Origin: an uncultured Bacteroidota bacterium | Lineage (GTDB): Bacteria; Bacteroidota; Bacteroidia; Bacteroidales; UBA12481 | NCBI GenBank assembly: GCA_942493265.1 | Contig: OW818688.1 | Coordinates: forward strand, 5,151,147 to 5,215,146 | Length of the DNA stretch: 64,000 nt | Direction of reading: 5' to 3' | Shown here: positions 19,164 through 29,066 of the stretch, piece by piece | How positions within the stretch are numbered: position 1 is the first letter of the stretch | Layout of the letters: the number at the start of each line of letters is the position of its first letter | Translations under genes and position numbers: made by a program | The notes under the pieces: generated by a model | Told to the model about the DNA's origin: nothing | Databases searched by the model: none | Seen by the model: the letters and a program-made list of their open reading frames with translations, nothing else

Positions 19164-19196
19164 TCTTAGTACTTTTTAAACAAAAAAATATAAATT

Positions 19197-19712
19197 ATGA
19201 TAAGCAATAAAATGCAAACCGCTATAGATGAACAGATTAATGCAGAAATTTGGTCTGCATACCTGTATCTATCCATGTCGGCCTATTTTGAAAGACAGAA
19301 TCTGCGTGGCTTTGCCAATTGGATGAAAATTCAATGGCAGGAAGAAATGTCGCATGCAATAAAATTTTTCGATTATGTACATTCCCGCGGGGGTCAGGTA
19401 AGCCTTAAACCCATTGCAGCTGTGCAGATTGACTGGAAAAATGCAATTGATGTATTCACTGATACCCTTTCCCATGAGCAACATGTGACCAGTTTGATAA
19501 ATAACCTGGCAAATATTGCGGTTGAAGAAAAGGATCATGCGTCAAACAGCATGCTGCAGTGGTTTATTGCTGAGCAAGTTGAAGAAGAAGGCAACGCAGA
19601 ACAGATTCTGGTACAATTAAAGATGATCGGTGACAATGGTTACGGTCTGCTCATGCTCGACCGCGAACTGGCAACACGGGTATTTGTAGATGCTACAAAA
19701 GCAGCTGTTTAA
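19197..19712 (+). CDS. ftn: Non-haem ferritin
   Basis: 171 aa. The four-helix ferroxidase pattern is present ([18 protein letters not shown] ... [14 protein letters not shown] ... ALSHEQHV). Confidence 0.9.
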   Translation: MISNKMQTAIDEQINAEIWSAYLYLSMSAYFERQNLRGFANWMKIQWQEEMSHAIKFFDYVHSRGGQVSLKPIAAVQIDWKNAIDVFTDTLSHEQHVTSLINNLANIAVEEKDHASNSMLQWFIAEQVEEEGNAEQILVQLKMIGDNGYGLLMLDRELATRVFVDATKAAV

Positions 19713-19747
19713 TCGAATATCGGTATCCGGTACCAAATATCAGAATT

Positions 19748-19918
19748 ATGCTTACTGAAAAATATAAATGCCGGTCATGCGGTTACGTATATGATCCGGA
19801 AGTTGGTGATATTATCTCCGGGATTTCGCCCGGGACACCATTTGAAGAATTACCTGACCAATGGATTTGCCCGTTGTGCGGAGTGAGAAAAACGGAGTTT
19901 GACCAAATCAGCGAATAA
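19748..19918 (+). CDS. rd: Rubredoxin (56 aa; below the ORF-track size cutoff)
   Basis: My translation is [56 protein letters not shown]. It carries the two rubredoxin knuckles, CxxCG (CRSCGY) and CPxCG (CPLCGV), plus the conserved FE.LPD.W. It fits exactly between ftn (stop at 19712) and the flavodiiron gene (ATG at 19924). Confidence 0.93.
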   Translation: MLTEKYKCRSCGYVYDPEVGDIISGISPGTPFEELPDQWICPLCGVRKTEFDQISE

Positions 19919-19923
19919 TATTT

Positions 19924-21084
19924 ATGAAGGCAGTAGAAGTACAAGAAGGAGTATACTGGGTTGGAGGGATCGACTGGAACCTCAGGAGTTTTCATGGCTA
20001 TCTTACACAGCGGGGAACAACCTATAACGCATATCTGATCATTGATGAAAAAATCACCCTGGTCGATACGGTTAAATCATACATGACCAGCGAGATGCTG
20101 GAAAGGATCAGTTCGATTATTGATCCATCGAAAATTGATTACATTGTTTGTAATCACGTTGAGATGGACCATTCAGGTAGTTTGCCTGAAATGATGAAGA
20201 TAGCACCAAATGCAGCCATCTTTTGTTCTCCCAAAGGGGAAACCGGTTTGCGTGAGCATTATAAGGAGAATTGGAATTTCAAACCGATGGAATCGGGTAC
20301 CGTTTTAAACCTGGGGAAAAGGAACCTTCATTTCATTCTGACTCCGATGGTTCATTGGCCTGATAATATGGTAGTTTATATGCCCGAAGGCAAGGTCCTT
20401 TTTTCAAATGACGCATTCGGACAACATCTGGCATCCTCAGAGCGGTTCGATGATGAATATCCGCTCGATATCACCATGCTGGAAGCAAGGAAATACTATG
20501 CAAATATCGTTCTACCCTATTCAAAACAGGTGCAAAAAGTTTTAGTGGGAATAAAGGACATTGATATTCAAGTTATTGCCAACAGTCATGGAATTATCTG
20601 GCGTAAACATGTTAAAGAAATCATTGCCGGATATACCAGCTGGGCAAGCAACGAAACCCGTAAAAAAGCCCTGATCATTTATGATACCATGTGGCATTCA
20701 ACTGAATCAATGGCACTTACCATTCAGGATGCTTTTGAACAAAAAGGGTTTGTGACCTCGCTTCTTTGCCTGCAGCACAATCACATGTCCGACATAATGA
20801 CGGAAGTGATTGATGCTGAGTATCTTTGCATGGGTTCTCCAACGCTGAACGGACGCATGTTGCCAACCATGGCTGCCTTTCTGACCTATCTGTCGGGGCT
20901 GGCCCCTAAAAAACGCAAGTCGGTGGTATTCGGATCCTATGGCTGGGGGCCAAAACAGATCGAGGATATTTCAAACATCATGACTGAATCTGGATTTGAG
21001 GTTGTTGCGACTGAAAAAATAAAATATGTTCCGTCGCCGGCAGATCTTAATGCTCTTCGGTTAAGAATTCAGGGGTTGCTGTAA
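19924..21084 (+). CDS. fprA: Flavodiiron protein (rubredoxin:oxygen/NO oxidoreductase type)
   Basis: 386 aa. It has a metallo-beta-lactamase-like diiron domain with the HxExDH motif (CNHVEMDHSG) followed by a flavodoxin-like domain (ALIIYDTMWHSTE). Confidence 0.9.
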   Translation: MKAVEVQEGVYWVGGIDWNLRSFHGYLTQRGTTYNAYLIIDEKITLVDTVKSYMTSEMLERISSIIDPSKIDYIVCNHVEMDHSGSLPEMMKIAPNAAIFCSPKGETGLREHYKENWNFKPMESGTVLNLGKRNLHFILTPMVHWPDNMVVYMPEGKVLFSNDAFGQHLASSERFDDEYPLDITMLEARKYYANIVLPYSKQVQKVLVGIKDIDIQVIANSHGIIWRKHVKEIIAGYTSWASNETRKKALIIYDTMWHSTESMALTIQDAFEQKGFVTSLLCLQHNHMSDIMTEVIDAEYLCMGSPTLNGRMLPTMAAFLTYLSGLAPKKRKSVVFGSYGWGPKQIEDISNIMTESGFEVVATEKIKYVPSPADLNALRLRIQGLL

Positions 21085-22239
21085 AGCAATCCAGGCCATC
21101 ATTCCCATCCCGTGTTCGAGTGCAGATTCATCCACATCGAATTCGGGATGGTGAACGGGGTTGCTGAATTTCCCCCCTCCGGTGCCAAGCCGGTAGAAAA
21201 CTGCCGGAAATCTTTGACCATAGCGCGAAAAATCTTCCCCTGTCATTCGCAACGGCAATTCCACAACATGATCCTGCCCGGCAAATTCAACTGCCAAAGC
21301 ACTGACCATCCGGGTCATTTCAGGATTATTCCTCAGCGCAGGGTATCCGGGTATGATATTGCATTCGAGTGAAGCACCCATGGAGGTGACCAGTCCGGTT
21401 GCCATTTTTCCTATTTCGTCCAGAGCCACCTGTCGCCAATGTTCATCCATGATGCGGAAAGTTCCCTCAAGGTTGACCGAGGAAGGAATGACATTAGTGG
21501 TTCCAGCTGCGTCGAACTTTCCGAATGACAAAACTGCAGGAATATCAGCAGGTATTATCCGACTTACGATTTGCTGGAGACCTACAACCAAATGGCTGGC
21601 AATCAGCACAGGATCAATAAGTTTATGCGGTAAAGCGCCATGTCCGCCCACTCCCGTCACCTTCATATGAACTTCATCAGTGGATGCCATATAGGCTCCC
21701 TCACGGAACCCGAACATCCCGGCAGGCAGTTCCGGATAAACATGTTGAGCTATAATCAGGTCCGGCTGAGGATTATACAGAAGGCCCGATTCAAGAATTT
21801 TCAAGGCTCCACCGGGAAGGACCTCCTCGCCCGGCTGAAAAAGGAAGCGGACACTACCCTTCAATTCATTTCGCAGTGAATAAATTATCTTAATTGCTCC
21901 AAGCAGAGCGGCCGTGTGAACATCATGACCGCATGCATGCATGACCCCCGGATTGACCGAACAGTAATCGCTATTGCACTTCTCGGTAATGGGTAAAGCA
22001 TCGATATCTGCCCTTAATACGAGATATTTGCCTTGTTCTGAACCCTTTATAACACCAGTAATCCCGGTATCCGCGACCCGCTCATGGCTGATGCCCCAAT
22101 TATCCAGGGTTTGCTCAATAAATGCTGCCGTTTCATACTCCTTAAAAGATAACTCCGGATTTGCATGGAGAGTGCGGCGAATGGAAATAATCTCTTCGGA
22201 AAGCTGACTTGCGAGTTTTTTGATTGTAGCCGGTACCAT
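21061..22239 (-). CDS. M20D-family amidohydrolase (N-acyl-amino-acid / hippurate hydrolase type)
   Basis: 392 aa with the MHACGHDVH metal-binding motif, FLFQPGEE, and a dimerisation-domain layout. Its 3' end overlaps the convergent fprA by 24 nt. Confidence 0.85.
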   Translation of the reverse strand: MVPATIKKLASQLSEEIISIRRTLHANPELSFKEYETAAFIEQTLDNWGISHERVADTGITGVIKGSEQGKYLVLRADIDALPITEKCNSDYCSVNPGVMHACGHDVHTAALLGAIKIIYSLRNELKGSVRFLFQPGEEVLPGGALKILESGLLYNPQPDLIIAQHVYPELPAGMFGFREGAYMASTDEVHMKVTGVGGHGALPHKLIDPVLIASHLVVGLQQIVSRIIPADIPAVLSFGKFDAAGTTNVIPSSVNLEGTFRIMDEHWRQVALDEIGKMATGLVTSMGASLECNIIPGYPALRNNPEMTRMVSALAVEFAGQDHVVELPLRMTGEDFSRYGQRFPAVFYRLGTGGGKFSNPVHHPEFDVDESALEHGMGMMAWIALQQPLNS

Positions 22240-22248
22240 AATGAATTT

Positions 22249-25200
22249 TTAAAAATCCAGACTAAGCGAAAGATAGAAAACTCTTGGCAGGATAACATGA
22301 TTCTCGATTCCCCATGCCCAGTCGGCCCTGACAAAGTAGCCCAGCAGTCGGCTCCTCAACCCAAAGCCGAATCCCGATACAATCGGCTCATTTCCTTTAT
22401 CAATGACGATAACCAATGGTCCGTTTTTGATCACGCTGCGATTGAGATGATTTCTTTTATCCCAGGGTGTGGGCCCGCTCCAGGCAGTTCCAATATCAAA
22501 AAAGCCAACGACCTGAAAATTATTCAGAAAATCGGAATTGATGGGTTTATTGGCGAAATAACGAAAAACCGGCCAGCGAAGTTCAGAATTAAAGACTGCG
22601 AAACTGTTACCGTTCCTGATATTCTGCGAAAACCCTCTCATGTTGGTGGCCAAAGTTTGGTATACAAAATTTTGAGTGGTATCGATCGGCATACTGGTGT
22701 CGAAGGTGGCAACGGTGCGTGAAAGATTGGTCCAGTTATCCACCCCGCCGAGATAATAGATGAGGCGGCTGCCTCCGAAAGAGGTGCTGGCCGCAAGCCG
22801 GTTAGCCCAGATCAGGGTGCGATGAATGGGCTGGTAGTGGCGAAAATCTGCACCCACAATAAATACATCGGACCAATTACCGTTAACCTGCTGATAATAC
22901 TCACCGAATAGCTTGTATCGCATACCCTCGTAAAGGTTAAGGGTAATCATCCGGGTGTTATCAAAAATATATTCCAGTTTGACCCCTGCCCAATACTTGG
23001 TAATTCCCTTCTTATTCATATTCTGCTGATCGGTCGAGAGATAATTGTAGCTGTCGATCCGGCCATTCAGGGTAAGCTTCAGCGCATTTACCTGACTAAA
23101 AGGATATTTGAGCAGGTAGAACAGTTCCTGCGTTGTTGCCTTAACGATGGAATAATAGTCCTGGGTGGGGGTTTGATAAACCTGACGGTGGAATATGATT
23201 TCTTTATCGAGACGCTTTTTAAGGTTTTCGAAACTGAGCAGATACTCATTACTTTCAAAATCCGCCCCGAACCTCACGCCGCCGATAAGTTTGTAATCTT
23301 CAAACAAATCCTGGGTTCCCACCTTGAAAAGCATGTTGAATCCCGGATTGTAATAGACCGCCCCACCGGTAAACGCTTGGTAGGAGGAGTTTAAAAAAGT
23401 AAAATCGACCTGTGAAGCCAGGTAATTAATATAAAAGGAAGGCTGATATATCCGAAGTGGAGGAAGGTCGAATATCGTACCGGTGATGGGATCTTTCAGC
23501 AGGTTATCAGCAATTTTCCGGGATCTGCCGGTAGTACCCGGGGCATTTCGTTCCGCCTCAAAAACATAATTATTGATATTGATTACCGGTTTCTTAGGAA
23601 CGGTGTCATTGGTCAGTAACAGCGGTCGGCGCGGCAATGCGGGAGCAACCTCAGGAGGAGCTTCAGCAGCGGCTCTGGTGATGCTATCCTGCCGGGCCAG
23701 ATCGCGTGACAATTTGTTGCGGAAAGTAGTGACCGGCAAGGTTGGCACGGATGAGATGGACTGATCGAGTGCCCCCCTGGCAAGCTTGTATTTTCCATTG
23801 GCGAAAATCAGTGACGACCATTCATTGGTTGACCTGGAGAATGACTGGTCCAGGATGTTCCTTCCGTAGGCAGTCAGCGGGGTGGATCTTGTACTGAAAG
23901 CATAGTGAACGGTTGTATCGATTGATATAATTGAGCTGTCATACTCAGCCATATAGCGATTTCGCAAACCATTATCATCCCCGAGATAATAGTATTTTTT
24001 GTCGCTCAGCCGGTCGGGCTGGAACCTGTCGGCATAATCATACTCGGCTAATCTTGTCAAACGATCAGTTCTGTTGACGAAATCAAAGATGAAAATATCC
24101 TGGTTCCTTTGCTGTAGCTGGGTTTCCTTTTGTTCCTCAATGGAAAGGCTCCGACGGTTGCTTGTAAATAAAATCCGCGTGGACTGATCGATGAATTTAG
24201 GAGAGAAATCATCAGCCCTGTCGTTGGTGATCCGTTCGGTTGTACGGGCGACCAGGTTATAAACAAAGATATCCGACTGGCCATTGATCACTCCGGAGAT
24301 TGCCAGGTTCAGGCCATCATCAGAATAGGAAAAATCGAGTATTTTATCATACAGTTTGATCTCCTGATGTTCCCACTTGCGCGTATCGAGTGGATAGAGG
24401 CTATAGCGGATTTTCCCTTTAAACTCCATGATCATGGCCAGCAATCCCGATGTAGGATGCCAGGCGAGGGCGGGAAATGAATAATCTTCGATCTGGCCCA
24501 GTTTAGCGCCTGTCTGATATATCTTTTTTGATTTGTTTTTAGCGACATCATATAACATAACCCGTATCTGTCCATCGCTGTTGGAGGTATAGGCAATATA
24601 ACGTCCATCGGGACTGATCCTGGCTCTCATGAACTCGGTTCCTTTACGGTTTTTCAGCTTAACCAGCTGCACTTCCGGAACTTCACCCTGATGTGCCGCT
24701 TCAGCGTATCTGGTTTTATAATAATGAAGCCATTCATAACTGAGCGCATTCAGATTGGTACCCAGCACATTAAGAAAGCCAGATGAAGCATTCCGGTTGA
24801 TTCGGGTAAAATAAACGATTGTTGGAATGACCGACTTGCCGTAAGTTTCCGAAATATAATTCCAGATGGAATGACCGGCATAAACAGCTTCCTGCCCTTC
24901 GAGCCGGTTAAATTTATCGAACCTGCCAGAGAGGATACCATCCTTCACGCGGTTTTCCGTTTCAACATCCCAGCCTTTTGAGAGAAAAGAGACCAATCCG
25001 CTGTAATACCATTCAGGCAGGTTGAGCAAGGTAGAACTGGCCAACCGGTCGCGCATGGTACCTCCGTAGAGCATTTCCTGCATGATCACCTCCGTAATGG
25101 CAGCCAGTATCTGCTGATCAAATTTTTTATAGTCGCCCTCAAAATACAGGAATACCTTATTGTCAACAATCCGGGTAACCCCTCCTATATTGGTTTCATC

Positions 25201-25569
25201 TTTACCTGACACCAGCCCGATATTACTTTGCCGGTAATCGGACAACCGGTTGTATACAATGAATATAATACGCTTGTTCAGAGAATACTCGAAGAAATTT
25301 TCCAGCTTAGTGATCTCCCGGTAGGCAAACTTGCTCACATATTCAGCAAGTTCCTTCCCTTTGGGGTAGAAATATACATCGTACCGGTCATACCGGTAAA
25401 AGGATGCGAAGAACTCGCTTTCGAGAATTTCAGATTTGGGATATTGGATACGGTTCTTGCCAAAGCTCATATTGAGTCCATTATAGAACTGAGCCTTGGC
25501 CGGAGTACCGGTCAGACAGAGGATTACGAAAAGTAATCCCGGCAATATCCTTACGTTTCTACCCATCAC
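22249..25569 (-). CDS. 1106-aa outer-membrane protein: peptidase-like N-domain, TolB-like beta-propeller repeats and a C-terminal Omp85-like barrel (function unknown)
   Basis: Signal peptide LPGLLFVILCLTGTPAKAQ. PD40/TolB-type repeats are present (ISPDGRYIAYTSNSDGQIRVMLYD, SYSDDGLNLAISG.., ITNDRADDFSPKF). The C-terminal ~400 aa is rich in amphipathic strands and ends ..VFYLSLSLDF. The domain calls are inferences. Confidence 0.55.
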   Translation of the reverse strand: MMGRNVRILPGLLFVILCLTGTPAKAQFYNGLNMSFGKNRIQYPKSEILESEFFASFYRYDRYDVYFYPKGKELAEYVSKFAYREITKLENFFEYSLNKRIIFIVYNRLSDYRQSNIGLVSGKDETNIGGVTRIVDNKVFLYFEGDYKKFDQQILAAITEVIMQEMLYGGTMRDRLASSTLLNLPEWYYSGLVSFLSKGWDVETENRVKDGILSGRFDKFNRLEGQEAVYAGHSIWNYISETYGKSVIPTIVYFTRINRNASSGFLNVLGTNLNALSYEWLHYYKTRYAEAAHQGEVPEVQLVKLKNRKGTEFMRARISPDGRYIAYTSNSDGQIRVMLYDVAKNKSKKIYQTGAKLGQIEDYSFPALAWHPTSGLLAMIMEFKGKIRYSLYPLDTRKWEHQEIKLYDKILDFSYSDDGLNLAISGVINGQSDIFVYNLVARTTERITNDRADDFSPKFIDQSTRILFTSNRRSLSIEEQKETQLQQRNQDIFIFDFVNRTDRLTRLAEYDYADRFQPDRLSDKKYYYLGDDNGLRNRYMAEYDSSIISIDTTVHYAFSTRSTPLTAYGRNILDQSFSRSTNEWSSLIFANGKYKLARGALDQSISSVPTLPVTTFRNKLSRDLARQDSITRAAAEAPPEVAPALPRRPLLLTNDTVPKKPVININNYVFEAERNAPGTTGRSRKIADNLLKDPITGTIFDLPPLRIYQPSFYINYLASQVDFTFLNSSYQAFTGGAVYYNPGFNMLFKVGTQDLFEDYKLIGGVRFGADFESNEYLLSFENLKKRLDKEIIFHRQVYQTPTQDYYSIVKATTQELFYLLKYPFSQVNALKLTLNGRIDSYNYLSTDQQNMNKKGITKYWAGVKLEYIFDNTRMITLNLYEGMRYKLFGEYYQQVNGNWSDVFIVGADFRHYQPIHRTLIWANRLAASTSFGGSRLIYYLGGVDNWTNLSRTVATFDTSMPIDTTQNFVYQTLATNMRGFSQNIRNGNSFAVFNSELRWPVFRYFANKPINSDFLNNFQVVGFFDIGTAWSGPTPWDKRNHLNRSVIKNGPLVIVIDKGNEPIVSGFGFGLRSRLLGYFVRADWAWGIENHVILPRVFYLSLSLDF

Positions 25570-25627
25570 TAATTCACGGCTGAATTTATTAATTTTGCTT
25601 AGTATTACGCTTACAAATTCTGATAAT

Positions 25628-26725
25628 ATGAAACGATTGATAATAGCTCTTTGTTTGGTTATTATGGGAGGTCAATTTTACAATAATTATGCCCAGTTTA
25701 CCGAACCTTCCATAACTTTTGATAAAACAAGTTTCAATTTCGGAAATATCAACGAACTTGACGGGTTAAAAACCCACATTTTCACCTTTACCAACAATGG
25801 AAGTCAGCCACTGCTCGTACATGACGTTACCACCACTTGCGGATGCACCGTTCCGGAGTGGAGCAAGGAGCCGATATCTCCGGGCGCCAGCGGAAAGATA
25901 AAAGTCACTTTCGATCCTGCAGGCCGGCCAGGTGCATTCAGGAAAAATATCACGGTTAAAACGAATGCACGCGAAGCCAATGTTGCCCTGTACATTGTAG
26001 GGCTGGTAAATCCTAAACCAAAAACCGCAGCTGATGACTATCCGGTGCTGATTGGCAAACTGCGGTTGGCCACTTCACATGTTTCGATGCAAACGGTTTT
26101 CAATTCACAGATCAAGGTGGATACCGTGCAGATCTTCAATGACACTGATTCAGTACTGAATATCTCTGTGGTCGATGCCCCCCCACATCTAACCTTAACC
26201 GTGTCACCCCCTGCCCTGGCTCCGAAAAAAGGAGGTCTGATATATATTGCCTTTGACGGATCGAAATTAGATGAATGGGGCTTTGTGCTTACCCGTGTTC
26301 TATTCAAGCTTAACGGGGAACTGGTCAAGGACCATCCACTCGCCATCAGCGCCACGATGGATGAAGATTTCAGCAAATGGACGCCGGAGCAGAAACTCAG
26401 GGCCCCAAAAGCCACTCTCGTTGAAGAATCTTTCAATTTTGGAACCATTACTCCGGGACAGCCGGTTGCTCACGACTTTATCCTGAAAAATGAGGGTAAG
26501 GATCCTTTGATCATCCGGAAGATATCAACCACTTGCGGCTGTACTGCTTCAAAACCTGACACATACGAAATAAAAGGCGGAGAATCAACTGCACTGAAAT
26601 GCACTTTTGACAGTCGCGGTAAAGCCGGAAAACAATTCCAGACGGTGACTCTTATCGTGAATGATCCATTAAATTCAATGTTGGTGTTGCGCTTTATCGG
26701 CAACGTTGAATCGTCGGGCAAGTAG
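25628..26725 (+). CDS. DUF1573-domain protein (two copies; start moved from 25496 to ATG 25628)
   Basis: ATG 25628 gives the signal peptide MKRLIIALCLVIMGGQFYNNYAQ. There are two DUF1573 hallmarks: HDVTTTCGCTVPEWSKEPISPG and RKISTTCGCTASKPDTYEIKGG. The upstream 44 codons in the track overlap the divergent gene. Confidence 0.8.
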   Translation: MKRLIIALCLVIMGGQFYNNYAQFTEPSITFDKTSFNFGNINELDGLKTHIFTFTNNGSQPLLVHDVTTTCGCTVPEWSKEPISPGASGKIKVTFDPAGRPGAFRKNITVKTNAREANVALYIVGLVNPKPKTAADDYPVLIGKLRLATSHVSMQTVFNSQIKVDTVQIFNDTDSVLNISVVDAPPHLTLTVSPPALAPKKGGLIYIAFDGSKLDEWGFVLTRVLFKLNGELVKDHPLAISATMDEDFSKWTPEQKLRAPKATLVEESFNFGTITPGQPVAHDFILKNEGKDPLIIRKISTTCGCTASKPDTYEIKGGESTALKCTFDSRGKAGKQFQTVTLIVNDPLNSMLVLRFIGNVESSGK

Positions 26726-26726
26726 T

Positions 26727-27827
26727 ATGGACAAACAGAATCACCATATAGATTCTGCTCTGAGCGTGAATTCCGGGATTGAACAGCCACCCTCAGTTGA
26801 TCCGGGATCAGCACAACGATTCATCAGGAAAAAAAAATCGATACTCTCCTCCAGGGAATATATAGATGGAATACTGGCCGGAAACAGGATGATACTGAGC
26901 CGTGCTATCACACTGATTGAAAGCCATCGTGCTGATCATGAAGATATTGCACAGGAAATCATAACCGGATGCCTTCCTCATGCAGGCCGGTCCATCAGGA
27001 TTGGAATAACCGGGGTTCCCGGTGTTGGAAAGAGTTCCTTTATTGAAGTTCTCGGAAGTTATCTTACCCGGGAGGGTAAAAAACTTGCGGTATTGGCGAT
27101 TGATCCAAGCAGTGAAAGGTCAAAAGGAAGCATTCTTGGTGATAAAACCAGGATGGAAAGCCTGAGTAATGACCCGAATGCATTTATCCGGCCCTCACCC
27201 GCCGCAGGATCGCTGGGCGGAGTAGCCCGTAAAACCAGGGAAACCATGATCCTGTGCGAAGCAGCCGGATTCAATGTAGTATTTATAGAAACCGTTGGAG
27301 TGGGTCAATCCGAAACGGCGGTACATTCGATGGTGGATTTTTTTCTGCTTCTGATGCTGGCCGGAGCGGGTGATGAATTACAGGGCATCAAACGCGGCAT
27401 TATGGAAATGGCTGATACTATAGCGATTACGAAGGCCGACGGAGATAATATCAGGGCGTCGGATCTGGCTTGCATGGAATACCGCAGTGCACTTCATCTT
27501 TTTCCCCCGGCTGAGAGCGGCTGGATTCCAAAAGTCATTCCGGTTTCCGCACGGGCCAACACGGGGCTGGAAAATCTGTTAAATATTTTCAGTGAATATT
27601 TTGATCACGTCAATGGCAATGGATTTCTTGAAAAGCGAAGGATGGAACAATCCCGGCACTGGATGTACACCACCATTCAGGAGCAGCTGCTGGAAGGATT
27701 CTACCGCGATCCGCATATTGCCCGTCGTATCAAAGACATTGAAAAGAAGGTGATGGATGGCCGTCTGTCGTCGTTTCAGGGTGCAATCAGACTAATCACC
27801 GAATACCGGAAAGGTGAGCGGGAATAA
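26727..27827 (+). CDS. meaB: MeaB/ArgK-type G3E GTPase (methylmalonyl-CoA mutase chaperone family)
   Basis: P-loop GITGVPGVGKSSFIE, ETVGVGQSE and ITKADGD motifs are present. I prefer ATG 26727 (2 nt after the upstream stop) to the track's TTG at 26706. No mutase gene is nearby. Confidence 0.85.
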   Translation: MDKQNHHIDSALSVNSGIEQPPSVDPGSAQRFIRKKKSILSSREYIDGILAGNRMILSRAITLIESHRADHEDIAQEIITGCLPHAGRSIRIGITGVPGVGKSSFIEVLGSYLTREGKKLAVLAIDPSSERSKGSILGDKTRMESLSNDPNAFIRPSPAAGSLGGVARKTRETMILCEAAGFNVVFIETVGVGQSETAVHSMVDFFLLLMLAGAGDELQGIKRGIMEMADTIAITKADGDNIRASDLACMEYRSALHLFPPAESGWIPKVIPVSARANTGLENLLNIFSEYFDHVNGNGFLEKRRMEQSRHWMYTTIQEQLLEGFYRDPHIARRIKDIEKKVMDGRLSSFQGAIRLITEYRKGERE

Positions 27828-27845
27828 TCCGGTGCAGCGAATACC

Positions 27846-28991
27846 TCATTTTGATCCTGCGATCTCCAGTCCGGCATCCAGATAAGTAAAGAAATCAGCC
27901 GGTGTACCCTCAATCCTTTCGGTTGAACGTTTATGCCCCAGGCGCACGATGACCGTATTGAGTTCAGGAAGGGCAATCACATACTGTCCATTCAATCCTC
28001 TCATATAGTAAACCTGATGGTCGTGGTATTTCATCAGCCACCACTGCCATCCGTAATAATCGACATTTTTGCCCTTGTCATCGACGAGGTGAATTGCCGG
28101 TGTCAGGGCATTATTCAGGTAGGATTCGGAAATCAGTTGCTTGCCATTCCATTTACCATGGTTCAGAATCAACTGGCCAAAACGTGCAAAATCACGGACG
28201 TCGGTATTAAAACAGCAGTATGCTTTTTCAATACCATTGGATTTATCCATCGACCACAAAGCATCATGCTCCGCTCCCATTGGTTTCCACAGCTTTTCAG
28301 AGGCATACGAACTAACCTTCTGATGCGTTGCGCTTTCCAGGATCAGCGCGAGTAACTGGGTATTCCCGCTTTTATAGTCGTGAAACTTACCGGGCTCGCG
28401 CAATACCGTTTGATTCAGCACCAATCCGGGCAGATCCTTGCCATAATATCCCTTGGTAGTCATGGAAAATGCACTTGAATAGGCTTCATCCCAGCTAAGC
28501 CCCGAGCTCATTTCAAGAAGATGCCTGATGGTAACCTTAGCCTTTTCATCTTCCTTAAAATCCGGCAGATAATCCCCGACCGGCTGATCAACACTCTGAA
28601 TATATCCCTCATCCATGGCAATCCCCACAAGCAGGGATATGATTGATTTTGCCATGGAAAAAGAGTTTGACTTGGAATCCGCTGAATATCCGTCCCAATA
28701 TTGTTCAAACACTACTTTCTCATCCTTCACCACCAGAAAAGCCACGGTTTTAAACTCATCAAACTTGTCCTTATACTGTTCAGGTATTGTTTTCGCGCTA
28801 AAACCAGGGGCTTCCGCCCACGGCTCATGATTTCCGGCCATCACTACCCTGTTATCAAAAATGGTATAGTCATCAATATCGACTTGCTGGTAGACAAGAG
28901 CTTTCCGAAGGTACTGGGGGCACAAAGCATATGCAACTGCCACAATAGCAACAACAATCAGAAGGATTCGGGTGAAGCGGAATTTTTTCAT
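27846..28991 (-). CDS. Serine hydrolase, beta-lactamase/transpeptidase-like (class C fold)
   Basis: 381 aa with an N-terminal membrane anchor or signal and the SxxK motif (SFSMAKS). Confidence 0.8.
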   Translation of the reverse strand: MKKFRFTRILLIVVAIVAVAYALCPQYLRKALVYQQVDIDDYTIFDNRVVMAGNHEPWAEAPGFSAKTIPEQYKDKFDEFKTVAFLVVKDEKVVFEQYWDGYSADSKSNSFSMAKSIISLLVGIAMDEGYIQSVDQPVGDYLPDFKEDEKAKVTIRHLLEMSSGLSWDEAYSSAFSMTTKGYYGKDLPGLVLNQTVLREPGKFHDYKSGNTQLLALILESATHQKVSSYASEKLWKPMGAEHDALWSMDKSNGIEKAYCCFNTDVRDFARFGQLILNHGKWNGKQLISESYLNNALTPAIHLVDDKGKNVDYYGWQWWLMKYHDHQVYYMRGLNGQYVIALPELNTVIVRLGHKRSTERIEGTPADFFTYLDAGLEIAGSK

Positions 28992-29066
28992 AGCAATTCA
29001 GATAGGTTTCAAAATGAAAAATACAATAATTGGCCGTATTTTTACAAGTTTTTAATTTGAAAAATC

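Noticed and set aside
19783-19995. A 70-aa minus-strand ORF between ftn and fprA.
   Set aside because: It lies antisense to the rubredoxin gene, whose CxxCG / CPxCG motifs make the plus-strand reading unambiguous.
22165-22722. Long secondary ORFs overlapping annotated genes: 22165..22722 (185 aa), 41906..42463 (185 aa), 48412..49059 (215 aa), 60512..61090 (192 aa), 60933..61421 (162 aa), 59151..59669 (172 aa) and 56950..57447 (165 aa).
   Set aside because: All lie antisense to or out of frame with strongly supported genes (OM protein, GH38-like, E2, DAACS, glpK, glpD). They have low-complexity, motif-free translations and are typical shadow ORFs.
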